Shown piece by piece: positions 1-8,579 of a stretch of DNA of 64,000 bases. The notes beneath the pieces were generated by a model, which made no database searches, had not been told where the DNA came from, and saw only the letters and a program-made list of their open reading frames with translations. The first letter of the stretch is position 1. Each line of letters begins with the position of its first letter. The position numbers were made by a program, and so were the translations under genes. The DNA comes from a virus (Duplodnaviria; Caudoviricetes), in IMG/VR virus record IMGVR_UViG_2894097338_000001, positions 1 through 64,000 of that record. One strand, written 5' to 3'.

Positions 1-158
1 AAAAAATCGTTGCTGTTGTCTTAGAAGGTCAAGCAATTGTCAATGACACTGATGCATTAGCACGTACTGACTTACAAAATGAGTTTGTTACATTGAAAAA
101 AATGGGTATCCAAGTTGGTCAAGTATCTGTTTATGGAATGTACAAAATCACTAAATAA
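1..158 (+). CDS. C-terminal end of probable major capsid protein (partial)
   Basis: Frame from position 3 reads KIVAVVLEGQ...VSVYGMYKITK-stop; highly expressed codon usage; lies upstream of head-tail genes. Confidence 0.6.
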   Translation, partial: KIVAVVLEGQAIVNDTDALARTDLQNEFVTLKKMGIQVGQVSVYGMYKITK

Positions 159-173
159 GCCATAAGTATTTAC

Positions 174-197
174 ATCTAGGGATTAATTTCCCTAGAT
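174..197 (+). terminator. Stem-loop after capsid gene (attenuator/terminator)
   Basis: ATCTAGGGA-N6-TCCCTAGAT inverted repeat, weak U tract. Confidence 0.5.
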
Positions 198-229
198 ATT
201 ATCGAAAAAAGAGAGGGCGAGGAATTAAA

Positions 230-775
230 ATGACAAGAAAAAGAATTGATAAAGATACGGAAATTACGGTAATGAGCACAGTTAGAAACGGAAGCTTTCA
301 TTACAGTAATAAAACAGGAACAGTTGTGATTGATTTACAAGAAAACGGAGACGATGACTTCATTGACTTTGCATCACTGAAACAAATGTCATCACGTAGT
401 AAGTCTATATTAGGCGACTTTGAGTTATTAATTACTGGAGTAGAAGATGATGACCTAACGATCGAAGATGTTGTTAGAGAGCTTAGATTGGATGATGGTT
501 ACAAGGAATTGGCCTCTATTACTGGATCAAAAGATATGCTAATTGAACAAGAGAATGTTGAGAAATTCCTAGTGGAATGTGAATCAGAAGACTTGGAAAA
601 GATTATGAATAGCAAGAAAAGCAAAATCGGTAAGTTTTTAATTAGAGAAGCTGTTTATCTTCATAAAGAAGGTATTTTAAATGATTTTAATAAAATGAAT
701 ATTGTTGCGGAGGCGGCTGGTATTAAGTCTGATGACGTTTCATCATTCTGGGCTGACGTTGCATCTTCTAAGTAA
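230..775 (+). CDS. Phage virion morphogenesis protein, function unknown
   Basis: 181 aa ORF, GAGGA RBS, follows capsid gene as in SPbeta-like phages. Confidence 0.6.
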   Translation: MTRKRIDKDTEITVMSTVRNGSFHYSNKTGTVVIDLQENGDDDFIDFASLKQMSSRSKSILGDFELLITGVEDDDLTIEDVVRELRLDDGYKELASITGSKDMLIEQENVEKFLVECESEDLEKIMNSKKSKIGKFLIREAVYLHKEGILNDFNKMNIVAEAAGIKSDDVSSFWADVASSK

Positions 776-790
776 GAAGGAGGTGACAAA

Positions 791-1225
791 ATGACAGCAA
801 CCAAATTTGAGGGTGTTTATGATCTATTTCTATCACAAATAGATGATTATGGATTGGCGCAATCCGAAGAGAGCGTTGTGGAGGATGTCTTACAAAAATA
901 TCTATTAAATGGATATCTTCACATATATTCAGTTCTTGGTGATGTAAACCTTTCTACAGAAAGCAAGGCATTTTCAAGAGAGTTGACAATGATTGAGAAG
1001 CTGCTATTCGCCAAGGCGATGAAATTAGAATGGGTTGGAGAGAAGCTTAATAGTGAAGAGCTTATGCGCAAAGAGATCGGAGATCGAGATTATCATGCAG
1101 TTCAAGGTGTGGCTTATATAAAAGAGCTAAGAGGACTGTATGCAGCACACAGCGAAGAGTTAAGTAGATCCAAGATTGATTACACGTATAACAATGAAGA
1201 CATGTTTAAGGAGCTGCTTAACTAA
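791..1225 (+). CDS. Probable head-tail connector
   Basis: 144 aa helical ORF, AGGAGGTGA RBS, synteny. Confidence 0.55.
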   Translation: MTATKFEGVYDLFLSQIDDYGLAQSEESVVEDVLQKYLLNGYLHIYSVLGDVNLSTESKAFSRELTMIEKLLFAKAMKLEWVGEKLNSEELMRKEIGDRDYHAVQGVAYIKELRGLYAAHSEELSRSKIDYTYNNEDMFKELLN

Positions 1226-2214
1226 TGGTTAATTCAATTCAAAAGTATAAGAGTAGAATCAAAGGCTATGGCGATAATCACTATGATAGAACACTCCTTA
1301 GAAAGTCTAGAGGTTTTGAAACATATTTCAAGAATGCCTTGAACAAAGAGGAGTGCGAAATAGATGGAGATAGTACATTTGCTGTATTCCAGGATCACTC
1401 ACAGTCCAACAATAAAGACTTGTCCGATGATAAGTATGTAATCTTGCCAAACTCAACAGTGTGTAATGTAGGTAGTTACATTGTATGGAGAGACTCTAAA
1501 TGGTTGGTGTTTACAGAAGAGTTTAAAACAATTCCAACTCATCAACAGCTGAAAATCAAAGAAGTTAACGAAGAGATTAGATGGATTGATGATAATGGAA
1601 AAATTGTAAATAACGGAAATGGCTGGGGAGCTTATGTTCAAAACCAGACGCTATATACGCTTGGTGTTAGTTTTACTGGGAATAATATCGCTGTAGTAAA
1701 TGCCAAAATGATGATGTATATGCAAGACAATGAGCAAACTAAGACATTGAAAGTTCAAGACAGAGTTTTCATTGGAGATAACGTCTATAACGTAATGTTC
1801 ATGGATAACGTATCTAGAAAAGGTCTAATAAACTACTTATTGGAACAGGATACGATATCGGAAACATACGATAATACAGAGCTTAGAATTGCTGATTACT
1901 ATCGAAAGAAAAAGGATGATCAAGAAAAAGAAGATCCGTCTGGAGAAGAGATAGCAATAATTGGCGACGAAAAACTAAGGATCGGTAGAACATATGTCTT
2001 TAAATCTAGTAAAGATGATCAAGTTGAAGAGTGGATTATTGAATCACTTGGAGGTACCACATCACCTTTTACTATTCAAGAAAAAGACAGCACAACTATG
2101 ACTCTAAGAGTCAAAGATGACGCTAGGTTAGTTGGAACAATAGCAAATTTAATTGTCAAAACTAAGAATAGCGGAATCGTAAGTAAGAATCTTAAAATAA
2201 TTAGTCGGTTTTAA
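1225..2214 (+). CDS. Probable head-tail adaptor/closure protein with C-terminal Ig-like region
   Basis: 329 aa, TAATG coupling, synteny with SPbeta-like neck genes. Confidence 0.55.
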   Translation: MVNSIQKYKSRIKGYGDNHYDRTLLRKSRGFETYFKNALNKEECEIDGDSTFAVFQDHSQSNNKDLSDDKYVILPNSTVCNVGSYIVWRDSKWLVFTEEFKTIPTHQQLKIKEVNEEIRWIDDNGKIVNNGNGWGAYVQNQTLYTLGVSFTGNNIAVVNAKMMMYMQDNEQTKTLKVQDRVFIGDNVYNVMFMDNVSRKGLINYLLEQDTISETYDNTELRIADYYRKKKDDQEKEDPSGEEIAIIGDEKLRIGRTYVFKSSKDDQVEEWIIESLGGTTSPFTIQEKDSTTMTLRVKDDARLVGTIANLIVKTKNSGIVSKNLKIISRF

Positions 2215-2231
2215 AGGATGGTGAGATAAGA

Positions 2232-2774
2232 ATGGGACGAATTGAAAAAATGAACGTGCCGAAGAGAGGTAAACGGTCTGGAGCGTTGATGAATATCACA
2301 AGATGGAAAATGGATATCCTAGACACGCTTAGAAAAGATGACGAAATTTCGAAACTGCTTTTCTATGACTCAGAAGATGCTTTGAGTAGAAAAACTTTAA
2401 CAGATGATCAGCAAGTCGATTTGGTTAACTCAAAATTAATTGGCTACAGATATGTACCAGAGGTTGTTGAAAAGACTGGCAGCTATATTTCAATCGGCAT
2501 ATCACATTTCGAACCCCAGGAGTCATTTAGGCAATTTAGTGATGACTACGTTATGGGTTATATCACATTTTATATTCTTTGCGACATGGCAATTATGAAT
2601 ACAGAAGACGGATATAGGAACGACCTTTTGGCTGCCAGGGTTTATGACTTGTTCCAAGAGAGTTCAGAATATGGGATGGGTACATTGAGATTAGACACAG
2701 CCCTGGAGTTATGGACTCAGAATAATAAATTTGGAGGATACACTTTGTCATTCAAGGTGGTGGACTTCAAGTGA
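2232..2774 (+). CDS. Probable tail terminator/completion protein
   Basis: 180 aa ending GYTLSFKVVDFK, upstream of tail tube. Confidence 0.55.
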   Translation: MGRIEKMNVPKRGKRSGALMNITRWKMDILDTLRKDDEISKLLFYDSEDALSRKTLTDDQQVDLVNSKLIGYRYVPEVVEKTGSYISIGISHFEPQESFRQFSDDYVMGYITFYILCDMAIMNTEDGYRNDLLAARVYDLFQESSEYGMGTLRLDTALELWTQNNKFGGYTLSFKVVDFK

Positions 2775-3535
2775 GTTATGAAATTGATAAATATGACCTG
2801 CTATTCCAAACAAGCATACCAATCAGCGATTATATTTCATTTAAAAATCCAACTGTAGAAGAGGTTGCTAAGGGATCAAATTTTACTAAATATAGCAGCA
2901 TATTTGTAACGAGTACAAGGGAAATGTTTTCTCAGTTCCCAGAGGTAGATGAGTTAGAACTGCGATATCCAACGATTAGAAGTATCTTGATTGACAAGGA
3001 AATGCAGGATAATAACTTTCTAGGAATGTATTTTGGTGAAGGAAAGGTAACTGGTAAAGAGCTACTTTTTGAATCACTTGAGTATTGGACTGGAATAAAA
3101 AAAGAGAAATTTAAACTCTTAGCAAATGGAAAAATCATCTGCACTTCGCCAGAGTGGATTATAGACGAAGAAGAGTTTAAGAATATAGCAGAATTAGTTT
3201 CTATGATTACATCATACGAACCTAACAGTGATTTTATAGCACCTCTTAATATGACTCCAACCAGACACAAGGTATGGATGAATATGTATAAGGGTAGGCT
3301 AAAGAGACTGAAAAGAAGCAAAGGAACACTGGCAGATAAAATACTGGTTTTATCAATCAGTAATAATAGTTATCTGCCAATTAATGAGATAAGAAAAATG
3401 ACGTACTTTCATTTTTGTAAACTAAGTATCTTGCTTTCGGAGAAAGAAGGTTATGAACTCAGATGGATGTTAAATGCTTCTCCAAACTTTGAGACGGATA
3501 CTAAGATAGCACATTGGAAGGAAACCATAATTTAA
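2771..3535 (+). CDS. Phage structural/assembly protein
   Basis: 254 aa, GTGA overlap with previous gene. Confidence 0.55.
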   Translation: MSYEIDKYDLLFQTSIPISDYISFKNPTVEEVAKGSNFTKYSSIFVTSTREMFSQFPEVDELELRYPTIRSILIDKEMQDNNFLGMYFGEGKVTGKELLFESLEYWTGIKKEKFKLLANGKIICTSPEWIIDEEEFKNIAELVSMITSYEPNSDFIAPLNMTPTRHKVWMNMYKGRLKRLKRSKGTLADKILVLSISNNSYLPINEIRKMTYFHFCKLSILLSEKEGYELRWMLNASPNFETDTKIAHWKETII

Positions 3536-3562
3536 AAAATACACTATAGAGGTGAAGGAAAA

Positions 3563-4672
3563 ATGGCAATTTACGGTATGAAAGATGCATCAAACATGAT
3601 CTTGTTTGATAAAAAGACTGGTCGCCCAGCAATGTTTATTAACTACGCTAACGCGACTTCAAGTGAGTGGTCTGCTGAGGCAGTATACGCTACTAAGAAA
3701 GGTACAAAAGCTATTCGTTGGGATGCTGCTCGTGAAGGTGTTTTAACAGTTGAGACAGAATTATTCTCATTAGAATTATTAGCTTTAGTAATGGGTTCTG
3801 ACGTTGAGAACGGAACTTCTGGAGTTATCCAACGTAAACCAATTACATTAGATTCAACTCGTCAATTCAATTTAGGTGAAGGAAAAAACATTGTAGGAAG
3901 TTCAGTATCAGTTGTACCAGTTGACGCTGACTACGTTGATCACATTGGTCAACCATTACAAAACCGCACTTCTGATATTTCTAAAGTGCCAGCAATTACC
4001 AACAACGTTGTTGTTACTGCAATTGACAAGTCGGCAAAAATCACTTGGGCTACTTCTAAGTTAGCTGATTCTTATGATATTTTCCGTAACGACGAAAAAG
4101 TTGGTAACGTGGAGGCTACATCATTTACTGATAGTGGATTAGATCCAGAAACTGAATACACTTATGTAATCAAAGCTGTAAACACAATTGGTGTTTCTGC
4201 ACCATCTGCTCAAGTAAAAGCTACAACTGCTGCAGAAGGAACTTCAACTGGTAAGCCAGTTCGTGCTACAGAAGAAGACATCGAGAAAGCTTTAGCTGTA
4301 GAAGGTAAGTTACATGATGTTGGAGAAGGATTAGCGACATTTACTTTCGAAGAGGGGAAAGTAATCTTTGATAAAAACGCATTCCCTGGAGAGCATTATG
4401 CTATCTACTTTGAAGAAATGGTTCCTGGAGTGCGCAAGTTAACAATTGCTGCAGATAAATTCCCTGGTAACTACGGAATCATTGCAGACGCTCAAATCCG
4501 TGAGCAAGAAACAGGAATTGACAACTTGGTTCAAATGCACTTCAAAAATGCTAAACCACAACCTAACTTTACGTTAACGCAAAGTTCGACAGAGCCAACA
4601 AGCTTGTCTATCACGTTTGACTTGTTCCCAGACAACGAAAACATCTTAGCTGACATGAAAGTGATCGACTAA
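3563..4672 (+). CDS. Major tail tube protein with internal fibronectin type III domain
   Basis: MAIYGMKD start, FKNAKPQPNFTLT end, internal FN3 signature (ITW..YDIFRN..FTDSGLDPETEYTYVIKAVN); highly expressed codon bias. Confidence 0.8.
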   Translation: MAIYGMKDASNMILFDKKTGRPAMFINYANATSSEWSAEAVYATKKGTKAIRWDAAREGVLTVETELFSLELLALVMGSDVENGTSGVIQRKPITLDSTRQFNLGEGKNIVGSSVSVVPVDADYVDHIGQPLQNRTSDISKVPAITNNVVVTAIDKSAKITWATSKLADSYDIFRNDEKVGNVEATSFTDSGLDPETEYTYVIKAVNTIGVSAPSAQVKATTAAEGTSTGKPVRATEEDIEKALAVEGKLHDVGEGLATFTFEEGKVIFDKNAFPGEHYAIYFEEMVPGVRKLTIAADKFPGNYGIIADAQIREQETGIDNLVQMHFKNAKPQPNFTLTQSSTEPTSLSITFDLFPDNENILADMKVID

Positions 4673-4684
4673 GAAGAACAACCT

Positions 4685-4718
4685 GGACTCTCGAAGTAAT
4701 GTTTGAGAGTCCTTTTTA
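4685..4718 (+). terminator. Rho-independent terminator
   Basis: GGACTCTCGAA..TTTGAGAGTCC followed by TTTTT. Confidence 0.8.
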
Positions 4719-4741
4719 TCGAAAGATAAGGAGGACTGTTT

Positions 4742-7315
4742 ATGAAACCAGTAGTTAAATACTTATTAAACGGCGAATACCACTACGCTACAGTTAAGGA
4801 CATTGGCGATATAGAGAAGTTAAAAACAAAAGTTAAAACTGATATCGTTTCAGCCATAAATGAGTTAGCGATTGGTGGCGGGAACAGTGAAGTTATAAAG
4901 GATCTAAATGATAAGCTTGTTGAGATCGAAAACGGATTGGGAGATCTAAAAGTAGAAATCGGCAGCGGAGGATTAAACGAAAAGCAAAAAGAGCAGATAG
5001 AAGGCCTTTTAAAAGAGATACCTCAAGTAGACTATGAAAAAATTAATGCCGAGATAGAGAAGCGAATGGAGGAAACTAAGCAGGAGATAGCTCAAACAAC
5101 TGAGTTTATTAAAAATGAAGTTTCTGCAGCTAAGGAGCAAATATCCGATACAAAAGCAGGTCTGGACGAGGCAAGGAAAGATCTTTCAGAAGTTAAACTT
5201 AACTATAATGAGGTTACTGAAAAGTACAACGAGGTAACTGGAGAGCTTGAAAAGACCGTAAAAAGTAGTCAATTTGACCTATTAGAAACACAAGTTTCCG
5301 AAAACGAGAAGACTCTTAAAGAAACAGTAGACGGTGTAAAGGATTCAATCAAGAGAAAAGAATGGGATATAGCACAAGATCGCGTAACTACTTTGGAAAA
5401 TTCTGTTGAAAAAACAGCAGAAGGTTTAAAGAAGACGATGACTAAAGAAGAGGTTCGAAAAGAAATCAATCTTATTGATACATATCGACCTAACTTAATC
5501 ATGGGGACTTTAGACTGGACTGGATGGAATCAAGATTCTTCATCTGGAGTGGAAATTCTTCAAGAAACATATCAGCATTGCACGGTTGCTTCTATTAACA
5601 GCTCTGCAAAAATGATCTCCGCTGTAAGCGATTTGGTGCAGGGAAGAACGTATCAAGCTAGCGTGTGGGCTAAGATTACTAAAGGCGGAAAGTCTAACGT
5701 TGCAGTTACAATTTCTGGCTCTAACAAAGTTTCAGTCACAGAGACACTAAGCGTTGACGACAACAAGGATGTAAGTGAAACATGGAGACGATACAGTGTA
5801 GCTATCGTAGCTCCAGACAATGGAACTTGTACAATTAGTTTCCAGTCAAGTGGGCTGTCGACATCACACAAAATGTTCCTAGCTGGATCAAAACTAGAGG
5901 ATGGATCAAATGCGACTGGATGGAATGTTCATCTAAATGATAGCTATGAATCAGTTAAGAAATTGAGCCATACAGTAAAAGAAAATGCCGATGGTGTAAA
6001 AAGTGTTACTGAGAGTGTATCTGAAACCAAAAAGGGTATAGAGAAAAACACTCATGAGATAGAAACGTTGTCAGACTCTCAAAAGGAAACAATCAAAAAG
6101 GTAGAGGATGTTGACGGAGAAACTAAGAGATTAAGCAATGAGTTAGTTAAGACAGCCGAATCCCTAGAGTCAAAAATCACCAGAGAAGATATGACAGAGA
6201 TTTTTGACGGCATGGAAAACGGCAATGTTAACTTAATATCTAATAGTAATTTTTTTAATGACAAAGCTAACTGGACTGCAGGAAAAGAGTGGAATGTAGT
6301 AGGTAAAGCTGGTAGAAACTATATTTACACTAGTAGAAGCGGTTTAACTGCTGATATGGAGTTATCTGTATTTAGCGAATATATTCCAGTAAAACAAGAT
6401 GCGAAGATGAGTTTTGGCTTAGACATGTTCATTGATGACATCAGTAAGTACGACGTTAAAAAGCCAGTTAGAATTGAGTTATACGACAAGTCGAATAATA
6501 GGTTGCACTTCAAAGATTATCAATTAAGCGAGTTGATAAGCGTATCTGTTAATGGTCATAATTCAAGACTTGGTGGAATACTTGTGGCAGATAGAAAAGA
6601 TGTGGCAAAAGCTAGAATTAGACTATCCCTTCAAAGAAACGGCGGAATTGGATTTACTAATGTATCTGTAAAAATTGGATCAATCACAGATAAGTCTTGG
6701 ATGCCGTCACCTGGAGATAGCGGAGTAATAATAGCCAAGCTAGAAACAGCAATCTCTCAAAAAGCAGATGGTGTTGAGATAAAAAACGTCAAAGAAGAAT
6801 TAGACAAAACAAACAGTAGCGTCAAGCTTATGGATACTCAGTGGAAATTAGAGGCTGGAAAAATTTCTCAGAAGATAGAGAAAGTGGAAGGAGACACCGT
6901 CTCAAAATCCGAATTAGAGAATACCTCTAAGGGGTTTAAAAAAGAAATTTCAGAGGTAGCGACAGCTGTAGAGAGGCGAATTAAAGAGATAGAGTTAACA
7001 CCTGGAGAAGATGCATATAACATTCAAATTATATCATCACAGGGTTCAATTTTCAGAAATGGAAATGGTAGAACAAAGTTATTTGCCTTTGTTTATAAGG
7101 GGTCAAAGGACATTACAGAGGATTTAAACTCGGCATGTTTTATATGGAATAGAGCATCACAAGATAAAGATTCAGACAAGATTTGGAACGACAAGTATGC
7201 TGGCGGAAGAAAAAGCATAGAGATAACGAACGAAGATGTTTATAAGAGGGCAACATTTAGCTGCTCAATAGACATGGAACTATCGGAAAAAATACTAAAA
7301 ACTAAGGAGCAATAA
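4742..7315 (+). CDS. Tail fibre/minor tail protein with coiled coils and carbohydrate-binding-like domains
   Basis: 857 aa; coiled coils alternate with NLIxxS-initiated beta domains ending W.P...D; N-terminal LKT..K.DIVSAINEL motif. Confidence 0.7.
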   Translation: MKPVVKYLLNGEYHYATVKDIGDIEKLKTKVKTDIVSAINELAIGGGNSEVIKDLNDKLVEIENGLGDLKVEIGSGGLNEKQKEQIEGLLKEIPQVDYEKINAEIEKRMEETKQEIAQTTEFIKNEVSAAKEQISDTKAGLDEARKDLSEVKLNYNEVTEKYNEVTGELEKTVKSSQFDLLETQVSENEKTLKETVDGVKDSIKRKEWDIAQDRVTTLENSVEKTAEGLKKTMTKEEVRKEINLIDTYRPNLIMGTLDWTGWNQDSSSGVEILQETYQHCTVASINSSAKMISAVSDLVQGRTYQASVWAKITKGGKSNVAVTISGSNKVSVTETLSVDDNKDVSETWRRYSVAIVAPDNGTCTISFQSSGLSTSHKMFLAGSKLEDGSNATGWNVHLNDSYESVKKLSHTVKENADGVKSVTESVSETKKGIEKNTHEIETLSDSQKETIKKVEDVDGETKRLSNELVKTAESLESKITREDMTEIFDGMENGNVNLISNSNFFNDKANWTAGKEWNVVGKAGRNYIYTSRSGLTADMELSVFSEYIPVKQDAKMSFGLDMFIDDISKYDVKKPVRIELYDKSNNRLHFKDYQLSELISVSVNGHNSRLGGILVADRKDVAKARIRLSLQRNGGIGFTNVSVKIGSITDKSWMPSPGDSGVIIAKLETAISQKADGVEIKNVKEELDKTNSSVKLMDTQWKLEAGKISQKIEKVEGDTVSKSELENTSKGFKKEISEVATAVERRIKEIELTPGEDAYNIQIISSQGSIFRNGNGRTKLFAFVYKGSKDITEDLNSACFIWNRASQDKDSDKIWNDKYAGGRKSIEITNEDVYKRATFSCSIDMELSEKILKTKEQ

Positions 7316-7319
7316 TAAT

Positions 7320-8435
7320 ATGGCACAAGTAATATCAACAGGACAGATAACGATCGTAGATTTATACGATGCACCAGCGCTAAATGCATGGATCAGCTCT
7401 TCGCAGACGACGAGACAAACATATAACAATACAACACTAACATATTCACCAAACTATGCTACAACGCCACAAAAATTAACTTTAAACCTAACGAGGGCAG
7501 GTGGCACGGGGTCACTACTTGGAGAAGATGTGTCTGGAGTTAAGTGGACTAAAATTGTTGGCGATAAATCTACGGAGATTACATCGACGACAGAAGAAGA
7601 CATTGAGTTCAAAGGATCGACAAACAATAGCGTATTAACAACTAAAACAAATGTTCCGACAGCAAATAATGCAATTATTTGGAAAGTAGAGGGTATTTGG
7701 ACTGATCCTAATACATCATTGCCGATTAGCTTCCAAGCAACTATTGACTTGACTCTAGTTCAGTTGGCCAAAGCTTCTATCATTCCAAACGTTTACGCAC
7801 CGAATGGAGATTTCTTTAGAAATAATACACCATCAAGTTTAAAAGTTAACTGTGATTTATACAAAGATGGATCTATCTCATCTGGGAACAAGAAGTTTAA
7901 ATGGTTTGCAGCAGACTCAAAAGTAGTAATATCCCAAGATGCCGACGCTGGTGTTGGTTGGAGAAAAATCACAGCAATAACTGGAACATCTGGAGAGACT
8001 GTCAATACTGGATTCGATGTTTCAACGACGTCACAAGGAGTTCTCACAGTATTCCCAGATGCGGTCATCAACTCTCAAACATATCTGGTAGTTTTAACCG
8101 ACTCTGCGGGAGGCACAAGCGGACAAAAAGTTAAGCAATATATAACTTTAAAAGACATGGACGATCCTATTATGACAACGGTAGAGTCGACTAATGGAAA
8201 CATTTTAAAGAATGGTTCTGGATCAACAATCTTAACTGCAAGGCTGTTTCAAAACGGAGAAGAGATAGACTCAGATGGTAAAAAATACACTTACAAATGG
8301 ACTAAATGGGAAGATGGAAAAATGATTCCAACATTTGGAGGAGCTGGCACAGCCCACAAGTTAGGCAAGAGTCTAACGGTAGGTAATGCTGACGTTAACT
8401 CAAAAGCAAACTTTAAGGTGGAGGTAGAGGCGTAA
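7320..8435 (+). CDS. Minor tail protein, beta-rich (Ig-like)
   Basis: 371 aa, Thr/Ser-rich, GQITIVDLYD start typical of siphophage tail proteins. Confidence 0.65.
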   Translation: MAQVISTGQITIVDLYDAPALNAWISSSQTTRQTYNNTTLTYSPNYATTPQKLTLNLTRAGGTGSLLGEDVSGVKWTKIVGDKSTEITSTTEEDIEFKGSTNNSVLTTKTNVPTANNAIIWKVEGIWTDPNTSLPISFQATIDLTLVQLAKASIIPNVYAPNGDFFRNNTPSSLKVNCDLYKDGSISSGNKKFKWFAADSKVVISQDADAGVGWRKITAITGTSGETVNTGFDVSTTSQGVLTVFPDAVINSQTYLVVLTDSAGGTSGQKVKQYITLKDMDDPIMTTVESTNGNILKNGSGSTILTARLFQNGEEIDSDGKKYTYKWTKWEDGKMIPTFGGAGTAHKLGKSLTVGNADVNSKANFKVEVEA

Positions 8436-8578
8436 TGAAAGAATATAAAGCGAGAATCATGATTGAAAACGAACTTAAAACCATCACATACGAAACAAGC
8501 GAAAATCCAATAGAATACCTATGGGGTAGATATGGTATGGATAGCTATATTGACTACATTGAGGAAGTTGTAGACTAA
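8435..8578 (+). CDS. Small hypothetical protein (47 aa, not in ORF track)
   Basis: MKEYKARIMI...IEEVVD-stop; TAATG coupling, GGAGG RBS; fills the gap exactly. Confidence 0.65.
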   Translation: MKEYKARIMIENELKTITYETSENPIEYLWGRYGMDSYIDYIEEVVD

Positions 8579-8579
8579 T

